Shown piece by piece: positions 37,530 to 47,470 of a DNA stretch of 64,000 nt; positions within the stretch are counted from its first letter, which is position 1, and the number at the start of each line of letters is the position of its first letter. The DNA comes from an uncultured Candidatus Rokubacteria bacterium. GTDB taxonomy: Bacteria > Methylomirabilota > Methylomirabilia > Rokubacteriales > DASRDR01. The position numbers and the translations under genes are program-made. Location of the stretch: assembly GCA_963708025.1 (NCBI GenBank), contig CAVPSB010000015.1:288001-352000 (forward strand), in the 5' to 3' direction. A model generated the notes under the pieces. It was given only the letters and a program-made list of their open reading frames with translations. It was not told the origin of the DNA and did no database searches.

Positions 37530-38672
37530 ATGAAGAAGTACTACCTCCTCGCCCCCGGACCGACGCCCATCCCGCCGGAGGTGCTCCAGGCCCTGTCCCG
37601 CCCGATCCTCCATCACCGCACCCCGGAGTTCGAGGCGCTCTTCGCCCGGGTCCGGAGCGGGCTGGCCGAGCTCTGCGAGACGCGGAGCGAGGTGCTGGTC
37701 CTGGCCGCGTCGGGGACGGGGGCGATGGAGGCGGCGGTGGTGAACCTGCTGTCGCCGGGCGACGAGGCCATCGTGGTCCGCTGCGGCAAGTTCGGCGAGC
37801 GGTGGACCGACATCGGGACGGCCTTCGGGGTCACCGTTCACGCCCTCGACGCCCCCTACGGCGACACGGTGCCGCCCGAGCGGGTGGCGGCCGCCCTCCA
37901 GGCCCACCCGCGGGCCCGGGCCGTCTTCGCCACCCAGAGCGAGACCTCCACCGGCGTGCTCGAGGACATCGAGGCCTACGCCGCCCTGACCCGGAAGACC
38001 GACACGCTCCTGGTCGTGGACACGGTCTCCTCCCTCGGCGTCGTGCCGTGCCCGATGGACGCCTGGGGCGTGGACGTCGTCGTCGCTGGCTCCCAGAAGG
38101 GGCTCATGTGCCCGCCCGGCCTGGCCTTCATCGCGCTCGGCGACCGCGCCTGGCGGGCGGTCGAGACCGCGCGGTGCCCGAAGTTCTACTGGGACCTGGC
38201 CGCCGAGCGGAAGTGGCAGGCCAAGCGGCAGGCGCAGTACACCCCGGCGGTCTCGCTCCTGATGGGCCTCGACGTGGCGCTCGGGCTGATGAAGGCGGAG
38301 GGACTGCCGCAGGTCTACGGCCGCCACGACCGCCTGGCCCGGGCGATGCGGGCCGGCGCCGAGGCCCTCGGCCTCACGCTCTTCCCGCGCGCCACGCCGA
38401 GTCCGGCGGTGACGGCGGTCGTGGCCCCGCCCGGGGTGGACGGGGAGGCGGTGGTCCGCGCCTACGGGGAGGAGCACAACATCACGATCGCGGGCGGCCA
38501 GGGCGAGATGAAGGGGAAGATCTTCCGCCTCGCCCACCTGGGCTACGTCGCCGACTACGACGTGATCGTGGGGCTGGCCGCCCTCGAGCGCGTGCTCGCC
38601 CGCCTCGGTGTCCCGGTGGACTTCGGCGCCGGCGTGGCCGCGGCCCAGAAGCTCCTCGCCAAGGAAAACTGA
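37530..38672 (+). CDS. Class V aminotransferase (alanine-glyoxylate/serine-pyruvate family; likely phosphoserine aminotransferase role)
   Basis: LLAPGPT, SGTGAMEA, ETSTG, GSQKGLMCPPG, GGQG..KGKIFRLAHLG; adjacent to serA. Confidence 0.9.
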   Translation: MKKYYLLAPGPTPIPPEVLQALSRPILHHRTPEFEALFARVRSGLAELCETRSEVLVLAASGTGAMEAAVVNLLSPGDEAIVVRCGKFGERWTDIGTAFGVTVHALDAPYGDTVPPERVAAALQAHPRARAVFATQSETSTGVLEDIEAYAALTRKTDTLLVVDTVSSLGVVPCPMDAWGVDVVVAGSQKGLMCPPGLAFIALGDRAWRAVETARCPKFYWDLAAERKWQAKRQAQYTPAVSLLMGLDVALGLMKAEGLPQVYGRHDRLARAMRAGAEALGLTLFPRATPSPAVTAVVAPPGVDGEAVVRAYGEEHNITIAGGQGEMKGKIFRLAHLGYVADYDVIVGLAALERVLARLGVPVDFGAGVAAAQKLLAKEN

Positions 38673-38691
38673 GAGCGTGTCGAGGAAGCGG

Positions 38692-38758
38692 CTCCGGCTC
38701 CCCCCTCCCCCCAGTGGGTGGGGGAGGGGGGCTGGGGGGGTAGGCGGGAGGTGCTGAA
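38692..38758. repeat. G/C-rich palindromic repeat (family 2, copy 3)
   Basis: Near-identical to 1612-1680. Confidence 0.85.
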
Positions 38759-38775
38759 CAAACGGGAGGTGCTCA

Positions 38776-40356
38776 ATTAAGCGCGTCCTGGTCACCGACT
38801 CCCTCCAGGAGGTGGGCGTCGAGGCGCTCCGCGCCGAGGGCCTCGAGGTGGAGGTGATCCCCACGCTGCCGCCGTCCGAGCTGGCCCGGCGGATCGGGCC
38901 GTACGCCGGGCTCGTCGTACGGAGCGCGACCAGGGTCACGGCGGAGGTCATCGAGGCGGCGGCCGCCCTCGAGGTGGTGGGCCGGGCCGGCGTCGGGCTG
39001 GACAACGTCGACGTCGAGGCCGCGACCCGGCGCGGCGTCGTCTGCATGAACACGCCGGGCGGGAACACGATCGCCGCCGCCGAGCACACCATGGCCCTTC
39101 TCCTCGCGACGGCCCGCAAGCTCCCCCAGGCCCACGCGCACCTCAAGGGCGGCAAGTGGGAGCGGGAGCGGTTCCTGGGGACCGAGGTCTACGGCAAGAC
39201 GCTCGGGGTCGTCGGGCTCGGGCGGATCGGCGCCGAGGTGGCGCGCCGCGCCCAGGGCTTCGCGATGACCGTCATCGCCTACGACCCCTACCTGGGCGAG
39301 GAGGTGGCCCGCCGTCTGGGCGTCGAGCTGGTCGATCTCGACACGCTCTACCGACGGGCCGACTTCATCACGGTGCACGTGCCCCTCACCCGGGACACCC
39401 GGGCGCTCATCGGCGCCGCCGAGCTGGCGAAGATGAAGGACGGCGTGCGTCTCGTCAACTGCGCGCGCGGCGGCATCGTGGACGAGGCGGCGCTGGCCGC
39501 CGCCGTCCAGTCGGGCAAGGTGGCGGGGGCGGCGCTCGACGTGTTCGAGCGGGAGCCGCCGTGGGGCTCGCCCGTCCTCGACCTGGACCCGGTGGTGACT
39601 ACGCCGCACCTGGGAGCCTCCACCGAGGAGGCCCAGACCTCGGTGGCGGTGGCGATCGCCCAGCAGGTCGCCGACCTCCTCGTGCGCGGGGTCGTCCGGA
39701 ACGCGGTGAACGCCCCCAGCGTGGACCCGGAGCTCTTGAAGGAGCTGGCCCCGTATCTCGGCTTGAGCCAGAAGCTCGGGTCGTTCCTGGGTCAGGTCGC
39801 GCGCGGCCGCACGAGCGCGGTGACGATCCAGTACGCCGGGGAGGTGGCCGGGCTCGGCGTGCAGCCCCTGACGGTCACGCTCCTCCGCGGACTCCTGGCC
39901 GTGATCCTGGAGGAGAACGTGACCGACGTGAACGCGCCGTACCTGGCCCGCCAGCGCGGGATCCGGGTCGTCGAGTCCCGGACCCCGGTCAGCGAGGACT
40001 TCGCGAGCCTCGTCTCGGCGGAGGTGACCACCGATGCCGGGACCTGGCAGGTCGCCGGCGCGCTCTTCCACCGGAAGGAGCCGCGCATCGTCCAGGTGGA
40101 CGGCTACGGGATGGAGGCCCACCCGTCCGGCTGGATGCTCGTCTTCTCGAACGACGACGTCCCCGGTGTGATCGGCCGGATCGGCACCCTGTTCGGCGCC
40201 CACGCGATCAACATCGCGGGCATGCAGCTCGGCCGCTCGGCCCCGGGCGGCCGCGCGGTCTCGATCCTGAACCTCGACAGCCCGGTGCCGGATCCGATCC
40301 TCGCCGAGATCCGGGCCCTGCCGAACATCCGCTCGGCGACCCTCGTCCGGCTCTAG
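38776..40356 (+). CDS. serA: D-3-phosphoglycerate dehydrogenase (long form with ASB and ACT domains), apparent ATT start
   Basis: KRVLVTD N-terminus, RAGVGLDNVD, GLGRIG, NCARGG, PHLGASTEEAQ, ACT-like DVPGVIGRIG. Confidence 0.95.
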   Translation: MKRVLVTDSLQEVGVEALRAEGLEVEVIPTLPPSELARRIGPYAGLVVRSATRVTAEVIEAAAALEVVGRAGVGLDNVDVEAATRRGVVCMNTPGGNTIAAAEHTMALLLATARKLPQAHAHLKGGKWERERFLGTEVYGKTLGVVGLGRIGAEVARRAQGFAMTVIAYDPYLGEEVARRLGVELVDLDTLYRRADFITVHVPLTRDTRALIGAAELAKMKDGVRLVNCARGGIVDEAALAAAVQSGKVAGAALDVFEREPPWGSPVLDLDPVVTTPHLGASTEEAQTSVAVAIAQQVADLLVRGVVRNAVNAPSVDPELLKELAPYLGLSQKLGSFLGQVARGRTSAVTIQYAGEVAGLGVQPLTVTLLRGLLAVILEENVTDVNAPYLARQRGIRVVESRTPVSEDFASLVSAEVTTDAGTWQVAGALFHRKEPRIVQVDGYGMEAHPSGWMLVFSNDDVPGVIGRIGTLFGAHAINIAGMQLGRSAPGGRAVSILNLDSPVPDPILAEIRALPNIRSATLVRL

Positions 40357-40437
40357 GCCCCGGGCGAAGGGGGTGGCGCCCGCGCCGGTTTGCCCGTATA
40401 CTTCCCCGGGTTTGCCCCGGCGTCCGGGGGCGCACAT

Positions 40438-41763
40438 ATGGACCGACGCAGTCTCCACTCTCAACTTCCCACCGGGGTCAAGATCTACCTCCCCGACGAG
40501 GCGGCCCGGCTCCGCGGGCTCCAGGAGCGGCTGCTGGGCGTGTTTCGCCTCTGGGGCTTCCGGGAGGTCATGACCCCGACCTACGAGTTCTTCGACGTCC
40601 TCGCCGTCGGTACCGACCCGGCCCTCCAGGAGCGGATGTTCAAGTTCATGGACCGCGAGACCGGCCGGATGCTGGCCCTCCGGGCGGACGTCACGCCCCA
40701 GATCGCGCGCATCGCGGCCACCCGGCTCCGCGACCAGCCCAAGCCCTACCGCCTGGCGTACCGGGCCAACGTCTTCCGTTACGACGAGCCCCGGGTCGGG
40801 CGGCAGCGCGAGTTCTACCAGGCGGGCGTCGAGCTGCTCGGCCTGGACAAGCCCGAGGCGGACGCCGAGATGATCGCCATGGCGGTCGAGAGCTTCCGCG
40901 CCGCCGGGGTGGCCCGCTTCCAGATCGAGGTCGGCCAGGTCGAGTTCGTCCGCGGGGTCATCGAGGGGCTGGGGGTCGAGGCGGAGGTCGGGCGCGGCCT
41001 GCGCGACGCGCTGCGCCGGAAGGACGCCGCCGAGCTGGCGCGGCTGGTCGGCGACATGGGATTGCCGGCCGCCACCGCCGACCTCCTGCTCGCGCTGCCG
41101 GCGCTCCACGGCCGGGGGGCCGATGTGCTGGGACGGGCGGCGGGCCTGGTCCAGAATCCGCGATCGGAGCGGGCGCTGGCCAGCCTCACCGAGGTCCACC
41201 GGCTGCTGACCGCGTACGGGCTGGCCGACGCCATCATGCTGGACCTCGGCGAGGTGCGGGGCTTCGACTACTACTCGGGTGTCCACTTCGAGGGCTACGC
41301 GGACGGCTACGGCGCCGAGCTGTGCGGCGGCGGGCGCTACGACCACCTGCTGGCGCGGTTCGGCGCGCCGTGCCCGGCCACGGGCTTCGCCTTCGACGTG
41401 AACCGGCTCCTGCTGGCGCTGGAGGCCCAGGGCGTCGAGCTGCCGGTTCGCGGCCCCGAGGTGTTCGTCATCGACTTCACCGAGGACAAGACGACGGCGC
41501 TGGCCCTCTCGCGCCGGTTCCGGGACCTCGGCCTCGCCGTCTGCCGGGACATCATGAGCCGGCCGCTGGCCGAGTCCCTCGCCTACGCCCGCGAGATCCG
41601 GGCGGCCCGCGCCCTGGTGATCGACGCCGCCGGGCTCGCCCGCGGCGAGGTGCGGATCGTCGACCCGGTCACCGGCCACGAGGAGCCCTATCCGCTGCGC
41701 GACCTGATGGCCGCCCCGGCGCGCCTCCTGGAGCCGGCCCGGGGAGGCGCCGCCCGTGCCTAA
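40438..41763 (+). CDS. hisZ: ATP phosphoribosyltransferase regulatory subunit
   Basis: LPTGVK, LALRADVTPQIAR, REFYQAGVELLG, DLGEVRGFDYYSG, GGGRYD; hisZ-purA adjacency. Confidence 0.92.
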   Translation: MDRRSLHSQLPTGVKIYLPDEAARLRGLQERLLGVFRLWGFREVMTPTYEFFDVLAVGTDPALQERMFKFMDRETGRMLALRADVTPQIARIAATRLRDQPKPYRLAYRANVFRYDEPRVGRQREFYQAGVELLGLDKPEADAEMIAMAVESFRAAGVARFQIEVGQVEFVRGVIEGLGVEAEVGRGLRDALRRKDAAELARLVGDMGLPAATADLLLALPALHGRGADVLGRAAGLVQNPRSERALASLTEVHRLLTAYGLADAIMLDLGEVRGFDYYSGVHFEGYADGYGAELCGGGRYDHLLARFGAPCPATGFAFDVNRLLLALEAQGVELPVRGPEVFVIDFTEDKTTALALSRRFRDLGLAVCRDIMSRPLAESLAYAREIRAARALVIDAAGLARGEVRIVDPVTGHEEPYPLRDLMAAPARLLEPARGGAARA

Positions 41764-43069
41764 CGTCGTCGTCGTCGGCGCGCAGTGGGGGGACGAGGGG
41801 AAGGGGAAGATCGTCGACCTGGTCGCCCCGTGCGTGGACGTCGTCGCCCGCTACTCCGGCGGGCCGAACGCCGGCCACACGGTCGTGACGGGCGAGCGGC
41901 GGTACGTCCTCCAGTCCCTCCCCTCCGGCGTCCTCCGCCCCGGCAAGAAGAGCGTGATCGGCTGCGGCGTGGTGGTGGACCCGGGCGCGCTCCTCGACGA
42001 GATGGACGGGCTGGTCCGGGCCGGCATCGCGCTCGACGGTCTGTACGTCTCGGCCAGCGCCCACGTCATCCTGCCGTACCACCGGGCCCTGGACCAGGCC
42101 GACGACCAGGGCCGGGTCGGGACGACGGGCAAGGGGGTCGGGCCGGCCTACGCGGACAAGGCGGCCCGCCGCGGCATCCGGATGGGAGACCTCCTGGACG
42201 AGGCCCTTCTTCGCGAGAAGCTGGAGGCGAACCTCGCCGTCAAGAACCGCCCGCTGCGCGAGCAGTACGGCCATGCCGGCTTCGCCGTGGAGGAGCTGCT
42301 GCGGACCGCGCGCGGCCAGGCGGAGCGCCTGGCCCCCCACATCGCGGACACCACGCTCCTCCTCCACCGGTGGCTCGGCGAGGGGGCCAGCATCATGTTC
42401 GAGGGCGCCCAGGGCACCATGCTGGACATGGACCACGGAACCTATCCCTACATCACGTCCTCCAGCGCCACCGCGGGCGGCGCGGTCACCGGGACCGGGG
42501 TCCCGCCTACGCGCATCAACGGGGTCCTCGGCGTGACGAAGGCCTACGCGACGCGGGTGGGCGGCGGCCCGTTCCCCACCGAGGTCACCGGCGACCTGGG
42601 CGAGCTGATCCGGGCGCGGGGCAAGGAGTACGGCTCGGTCACCGGGCGCCCGCGCCGCTGCGGCTGGTTCGACGCGCCCCTCCTCCGTCACGCCGTGCGG
42701 GTCAACGGGCTCGACACGGTCGCGGTGACCAAGCTCGACGTGCTCGACCAGTGCCACCGGGTGCTGGTGGGGGTCGCGTACCGCTACCGCGGGTCGCTGC
42801 TCCACGAGATCCCGCTCGAGGAGCGGGTCCTCGCCCGGATCGAGCCGGTGTACGAGGAGCGGCCGGGCTGGATGGCCGTCACCGAGGGGCTGCGCGCCTG
42901 GGACGACTTGCCGGGCCGGGCCCGTGACTACATCAACTGGCTGTCCGACCTCATCGGCTGCGAGATCTGCCTGATCTCGACCGGCCCGGCGCGGGACGAG
43001 ACGATCCTCCTCGAGTCCTCCCAGCTGACCCGCTGGTTCCCCGACCTCCAGCGGGCCGCGGTCCGCTGA
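41756..43069 (+). CDS. purA: Adenylosuccinate synthetase
   Basis: GAQWGDEGKGK, NAGHT, GTTGKGVGPAYADK, EGAQG, TGRPRRCGW. Confidence 0.98.
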   Translation: MPNVVVVGAQWGDEGKGKIVDLVAPCVDVVARYSGGPNAGHTVVTGERRYVLQSLPSGVLRPGKKSVIGCGVVVDPGALLDEMDGLVRAGIALDGLYVSASAHVILPYHRALDQADDQGRVGTTGKGVGPAYADKAARRGIRMGDLLDEALLREKLEANLAVKNRPLREQYGHAGFAVEELLRTARGQAERLAPHIADTTLLLHRWLGEGASIMFEGAQGTMLDMDHGTYPYITSSSATAGGAVTGTGVPPTRINGVLGVTKAYATRVGGGPFPTEVTGDLGELIRARGKEYGSVTGRPRRCGWFDAPLLRHAVRVNGLDTVAVTKLDVLDQCHRVLVGVAYRYRGSLLHEIPLEERVLARIEPVYEERPGWMAVTEGLRAWDDLPGRARDYINWLSDLIGCEICLISTGPARDETILLESSQLTRWFPDLQRAAVR

Positions 43070-43817
43070 CGCTCCGCGCGTAGACGGAGACGTGGAACCG
43101 GCTGGCGGCCGAGAAGGGCTCCCGGCCGAAGCCGCCCCAGCGCTCCCGCAGCCCGAGCCCGGCCAGCCGCGCCATGAGATCCAGCTCCGCCGGCCAGGCA
43201 TAGCGGCTCTGAACCGGGTAGACGCCGACACCTTCCGCCGAGAGCACCACATGGGCCGAGCGGGTCCGCTGCTCGACCGGGTCGTGCAGGCTGGCGGTCA
43301 GCTGTACCACGTCGGACCCGACCTGCCGCACGTCCACGCGCTGGCCATGGTCGAATCGGGTGAGGTCGGGTACGAAGGCCTCGATCAGGAAGACGCCGTC
43401 GTCGGTCAGGTGCTCGGCCACTCGGGCGAAGCACCGCACCTGCGCCTCCTGCGAGGGGAGGCCGAAGAACGTGTTGAACACGACGAAGACCAGGGAGAAG
43501 CGTCGCCCGATCGCCAGGTCCCCGAAGTTCCCGATGGTGACCGGGATGCGGTCGCCACCCGGCTTGCTCCGGAGCCTCGCCACCATCGCAGCCGACGCGT
43601 CGATCCCGTGGACGTCCACGCCGCGCTGCGCGAGGGGCAGCGCCACCCGGCCCGTGCCGATGCCGAGCTCCAGCACCGGCCCCCGGCCGGCGAGCTCCGC
43701 CAGAAACGCGGCGGCGGCCTCGGCGTCGGATGGCGGCTGGGCGATCCGGTCGTAGACGCCAGCGACGCGATCACCATACGTCGAGGCGTCGTACTCGGAG
43801 GCATCGTACTCGGCCAC
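42951..43817 (-). CDS. Class I SAM-dependent methyltransferase
   Basis: VLELGIGTGRV, GIDASAAM, VFNTFF; the 3' end overlaps purA. Confidence 0.9.
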   Translation of the reverse strand: MAEYDASEYDASTYGDRVAGVYDRIAQPPSDAEAAAAFLAELAGRGPVLELGIGTGRVALPLAQRGVDVHGIDASAAMVARLRSKPGGDRIPVTIGNFGDLAIGRRFSLVFVVFNTFFGLPSQEAQVRCFARVAEHLTDDGVFLIEAFVPDLTRFDHGQRVDVRQVGSDVVQLTASLHDPVEQRTRSAHVVLSAEGVGVYPVQSRYAWPAELDLMARLAGLGLRERWGGFGREPFSAASRFHVSVYARSVSGPRPAGGRGTSGSAGRTRGGSSRPAPGRSRSGRSRSR

Positions 43818-43846
43818 TGCCGGCCGGCTCGCGGCTGTTCTAGCCT

Positions 43847-44024
43847 CGGCGGGGCCGAGGAGCGAGCAGCGCTAGGACGCAGGGAGTCGCCCACCGCAGG
43901 CGTATGCAGCATACGCCGAGGATGGGCGACGACCGAGGACGACCAGAGGTCGGGACGGACGCGAGGCCGCAGGCCGAGCGCGTCACGACCGAGATGAACG
44001 TTGCGAAGCTCATCGGCCCCGCCG
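43847..44024 (-). repeat. Structured dispersed repeat family 1, copy E
   Basis: Perfect 12-bp terminal inverted repeat CGGCGGGGCCGA; reverse complement of the copy D blocks. Confidence 0.92.
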
Positions 44025-44025
44025 G

Positions 44026-44982
44026 CTACGTGTAGCTGAAGCCCATCGTCCGGCAGTGATAGTACAGCCCGCCGTCCTGGACGATGAGGAAGAGGGCCAG
44101 CCCGTCACCCTCGTTGTGGTGCGAGTGCATCCGGGTGGGCGGGGTGATCATGACCGCGTTCGGCTCCCAGTCCACCCGCTCCCCGTCGATCAGCGAGTAG
44201 CAGCGCTCACCGGCCACGACCAGCGTGACGGCCACCGCGTTGTGCCGGTGGGCGCGCTGGGTCTCGCCGGGCAGGAGCGAGTTCATGGCCAGCGTGTACG
44301 TGGGGGTCGTGGTGCGCGCCTGCTCGAGGGCGGCGTTCCCCAGGTTGACCGACTTCCCCGGCATGCTGGCCCCGCGCGGGTCGAGGTAGACGGCCCGGAG
44401 CTGCCGCCGGATCTCGGCCGCCGGGTAGTGCGCCGCCCGGATCGGCGGGTCGCCGGGCGCCGGCGACTGGCAGCGCTCGAAGGCCAGCGCCGGCTCGTTG
44501 GTGGCGATCCACAGTACCGTGTCCGTCGTGGCGTGGTGCCGGACCGTGCCGCCGCCGGGCAGGGCGAAGACGTCCCCGGCCTCCCAGGCGATCGACTCGC
44601 GGCCGTCGACCCCGAAGCTGGTCGTGCCGGCGCCGCGGATCGCGTAGTGGAGCTCGGTGCTGGCGACGAAGCGCGTCTCCAGGCGCTCGCCCCCCCGGAT
44701 GCGGGCGTAGCGCGCGAGGATCAGCGGCGTGGTGGCCGGCGACTCGAGCTGGAGGAGGCCGCTCAGGTCGAGGGGAACGAGGCCGGTCGGCGCCGCGGGG
44801 TCGAGGGCCCGGTCGTGCTCCGTCCGGAAGACGTGGGCCGGGATCGCCGGGCGCTTGATGTCGAAGCCGTCCAGGGAGGAGAGATAGCGCGCGTTGGCGG
44901 CGTAGGGGCTCGGCGTGCGGTCCGGCCCGGTCTCCACGCCGAGCAGCTCCCGGAGCCCGAGCTCGTCGATGGTCCTCGCCAT
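44026..44982 (-). CDS. Bicupin, gentisate 1,2-dioxygenase-like
   Basis: RAHRHNAVAV and HSHHN metal motifs in the C-terminal cupin; QDGGLYYH. Confidence 0.8.
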   Translation of the reverse strand: MARTIDELGLRELLGVETGPDRTPSPYAANARYLSSLDGFDIKRPAIPAHVFRTEHDRALDPAAPTGLVPLDLSGLLQLESPATTPLILARYARIRGGERLETRFVASTELHYAIRGAGTTSFGVDGRESIAWEAGDVFALPGGGTVRHHATTDTVLWIATNEPALAFERCQSPAPGDPPIRAAHYPAAEIRRQLRAVYLDPRGASMPGKSVNLGNAALEQARTTTPTYTLAMNSLLPGETQRAHRHNAVAVTLVVAGERCYSLIDGERVDWEPNAVMITPPTRMHSHHNEGDGLALFLIVQDGGLYYHCRTMGFSYT

Positions 44983-45014
44983 GGCGGGTTCCTCCTCGCG
45001 TGTCGGTCTGAGCG

Positions 45015-45464
45015 ATGCTAGCCCGCGGCCCCGAGAGCGTCAAGCCGACGGACTCGAGCGCGACGACCCGGCGGCCTCGAGTCATCGCGGCGCTCGCGCT
45101 CGCGCTGGCCGCCGCGCCGGTGCTCCAGGCGGCGAGCCTGGCCGGGCTCCGGCTGCTGAACTTCGCGCCGGACCGCCCGTGGAACTACGTCGCCTACGGC
45201 CTGGCGGCCCCCTACGTCGCGGTCCTGCTCTGGCGGCGCCACCCGCGGGCGCGCTTCGCGGCCTACGTGTTCCTGACCCACGAGACCGTCCGCGGTCTCC
45301 ACTTCCGACGCTGGGACGCCGTGCTCGTCGCCGTCGCCGGCATCCTTCTCCTCCAGCTTCCCTCGGCCCGCCGCTGGGTGCCGTCGCTGCGCCCCGCCGA
45401 GATCCGCGCCCGGCTGCCGTGGCGCCGGCGGCACCCGGAAGCGTCAAGCTCCGACACGGCCTGA
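45015..45464 (+). CDS. Hypothetical membrane protein
   Basis: Several hydrophobic segments; typical codon usage. Confidence 0.6.
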   Translation: MLARGPESVKPTDSSATTRRPRVIAALALALAAAPVLQAASLAGLRLLNFAPDRPWNYVAYGLAAPYVAVLLWRRHPRARFAAYVFLTHETVRGLHFRRWDAVLVAVAGILLLQLPSARRWVPSLRPAEIRARLPWRRRHPEASSSDTA

Positions 45465-45496
45465 GCGAGCTACAGTAGGGTTTCGGGAGGAGGGCG

Positions 45497-46204
45497 ATGG
45501 CAACGTTCGTGCTCGTGCACGGCGCGTGGCACGGGGGGTGGTGCTGGCGTCACGTCGCGCCGTTGCTGCGGCGCGCGGGACACGACGTGTACGCGCCCTC
45601 GCTCACCGGGCTGGGCGAGCGCGCGCACCTGGCGCGGCCGGGCATCGACCTGAACGATCACGTCCAGGACGTCGTCGCGCTCCTCGACATGGAGGATCTG
45701 GGTGACGTCGTGCTCGTGGGTCACAGCTACGGCGGGATGGTGGTGACCGGCGCGGCGGACCGCAACCCGGCGCGCATCCGCCACCTCGTGTACCTGGATG
45801 CCTTCGTCCCCGAGAACGGCAAGTGCGCGCTCGACTACGTGGTGCCCGAGCGCGCGGCCGCGATGCGCAGGGACGGCGAGCAGGCGGGCAGCGTGACGCC
45901 GCCGCCGGTTTCGCTCTGGGGGCTCACCAGGCCCGAGCACATCGCCTTCGTCGAGCGGCGGGAGGTGCGGCATCCGTATCACACGCTGACGCAGCCGATC
46001 CGACTCACGAACGAAGCCGCGCTTGCGCGGCTGCCCCGGACCTTCATCTACTGCTCGTCGCCCGCGACCGGCTCGTTCGACCAGTTCGCCGCCCGGTGTC
46101 GCAACGACCCGGCGTGGCGCTTCTTCGAGCTCGAGACCGGCCACGACGCCATGATTCTCGTGCCGGCGGAGCTGTCCGAAATCCTGCTGCAGTCGGCCCG
46201 ATAG
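45497..46204 (+). CDS. Alpha/beta hydrolase (esterase)
   Basis: HGAWHGGW, GHSYGG nucleophile elbow, GHD; SD GGAGG. Confidence 0.93.
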   Translation: MATFVLVHGAWHGGWCWRHVAPLLRRAGHDVYAPSLTGLGERAHLARPGIDLNDHVQDVVALLDMEDLGDVVLVGHSYGGMVVTGAADRNPARIRHLVYLDAFVPENGKCALDYVVPERAAAMRRDGEQAGSVTPPPVSLWGLTRPEHIAFVERREVRHPYHTLTQPIRLTNEAALARLPRTFIYCSSPATGSFDQFAARCRNDPAWRFFELETGHDAMILVPAELSEILLQSAR

Positions 46205-46294
46205 CGCAAGCGCGCTCCCGGGAGCTCTCGATCCCGGAAACTTGACAGGCCGGGGGCGGCCGTCCCAGACTGCGGCCCGGGAGGACGACGAGGC

Positions 46295-47416
46295 ATGGCG
46301 CGAGCCAAAGGCTCCGGGCTGGCGGCGGCTGACCCGCGCGTCGGGCAGACGCTCCGCTTCGACGGCCAGGACTGGGAAGTCACCGACCACTCGAGCTACT
46401 GGAACGACGCGGGATACCGCGTCATGGAGTGGTGCTGCGAGGCCGAGGACGTCGAGGGCTACCTCCTCAAGGAGATCAAGGACGGCGAGCCGACCCGCTG
46501 GTTCTTCACGCGAAAGGTCCCGCGCGAGGCGGTGACCGGACTGGGCGATAGCCGGCCCGCGAGCCCGCCGCCGGCGCTCACCTTCGAGAGCCGATCCTAC
46601 CGGCACGCCGAGACGAACGAAGGCACCTACGAGGAGGAGCCGGGGCAGCGCGTCCCGAAGACCACGTGGGAGTACTGGGACGACGGCCGCCAGCGGAACC
46701 TCGCCGTCGAGCTGTGGCCGGACGGCCGTGTCAACTGCTACCACGGCGCCTACATCGAGCCCGGCCAGGTCACGCCGGTCGCCGGCGCGGAGGGCTCCGG
46801 CGACCGCGAGGAAGGGAGCGCGACCCCGGGGCGGAACGTCGCCGCGGCCGGGCTAGCCGCGCTGGCCGGGGCGGCGGCGGCCAGGGCTGCGAAAGGGGGG
46901 AAGACCGGGGGCGGGGGCGGCAACCCGTTCATCGCGGCGATGGTGTTCTTCCCCCTGGTCTACGTCTTCCCCTTCTTCGTCGGCCGGCCCTTCGACGAGT
47001 GCCTGGCGGTGGCCCTGCCGCTCGCGCTGGTCGGGGGCTGGCTCTTCGCGCTGCGCGCGCCCCGGGCGGCGGGCCTCGCCTTCCTGGGCATGGCGCTGGG
47101 GCTCTACCTGTTCTGGCGATTCCCGCCGCTGACGAGCCCGTACGGGCTGGCCGCGGTGCTCGGGGGCCCGACCGTCCTGGCGGTGTGCGCGCGCGGCGAG
47201 GCCGCCAGGAAGGGGCGGCGACCCGTGCTCTACGCGGCGGCCGTCGCGGTGGCGCTGCCCGCGGTTCTGGTCGGGCTCCACCGCTACTTCTGGTACGCCC
47301 CCGGCCCCCACACGCTCGACCAGCTCGGCCTCGCGCTCGGGCCGGCCGCGCTGGGCGGGCTCGCCGCCCTCGTGGTGGCGAGCGTGGTGCTGGTGGGCGA
47401 GACCACCGACGCCTGA
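46295..47416 (+). CDS. DUF4178-like domain protein with a C-terminal multi-pass membrane region
   Basis: Two beta-rich repeats (VGQTLRFDGQDWEV...W.EW / PPPALTFESRSY...WEY), then about 6 TM segments. Confidence 0.7.
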   Translation: MARAKGSGLAAADPRVGQTLRFDGQDWEVTDHSSYWNDAGYRVMEWCCEAEDVEGYLLKEIKDGEPTRWFFTRKVPREAVTGLGDSRPASPPPALTFESRSYRHAETNEGTYEEEPGQRVPKTTWEYWDDGRQRNLAVELWPDGRVNCYHGAYIEPGQVTPVAGAEGSGDREEGSATPGRNVAAAGLAALAGAAAARAAKGGKTGGGGGNPFIAAMVFFPLVYVFPFFVGRPFDECLAVALPLALVGGWLFALRAPRAAGLAFLGMALGLYLFWRFPPLTSPYGLAAVLGGPTVLAVCARGEAARKGRRPVLYAAAVAVALPAVLVGLHRYFWYAPGPHTLDQLGLALGPAALGGLAALVVASVVLVGETTDA

Positions 47417-47470
47417 GCGACCCGGGGCCATGGTCGGCGTGCCGGAACTGTCCGGGGCGGGGGGAGGGCG

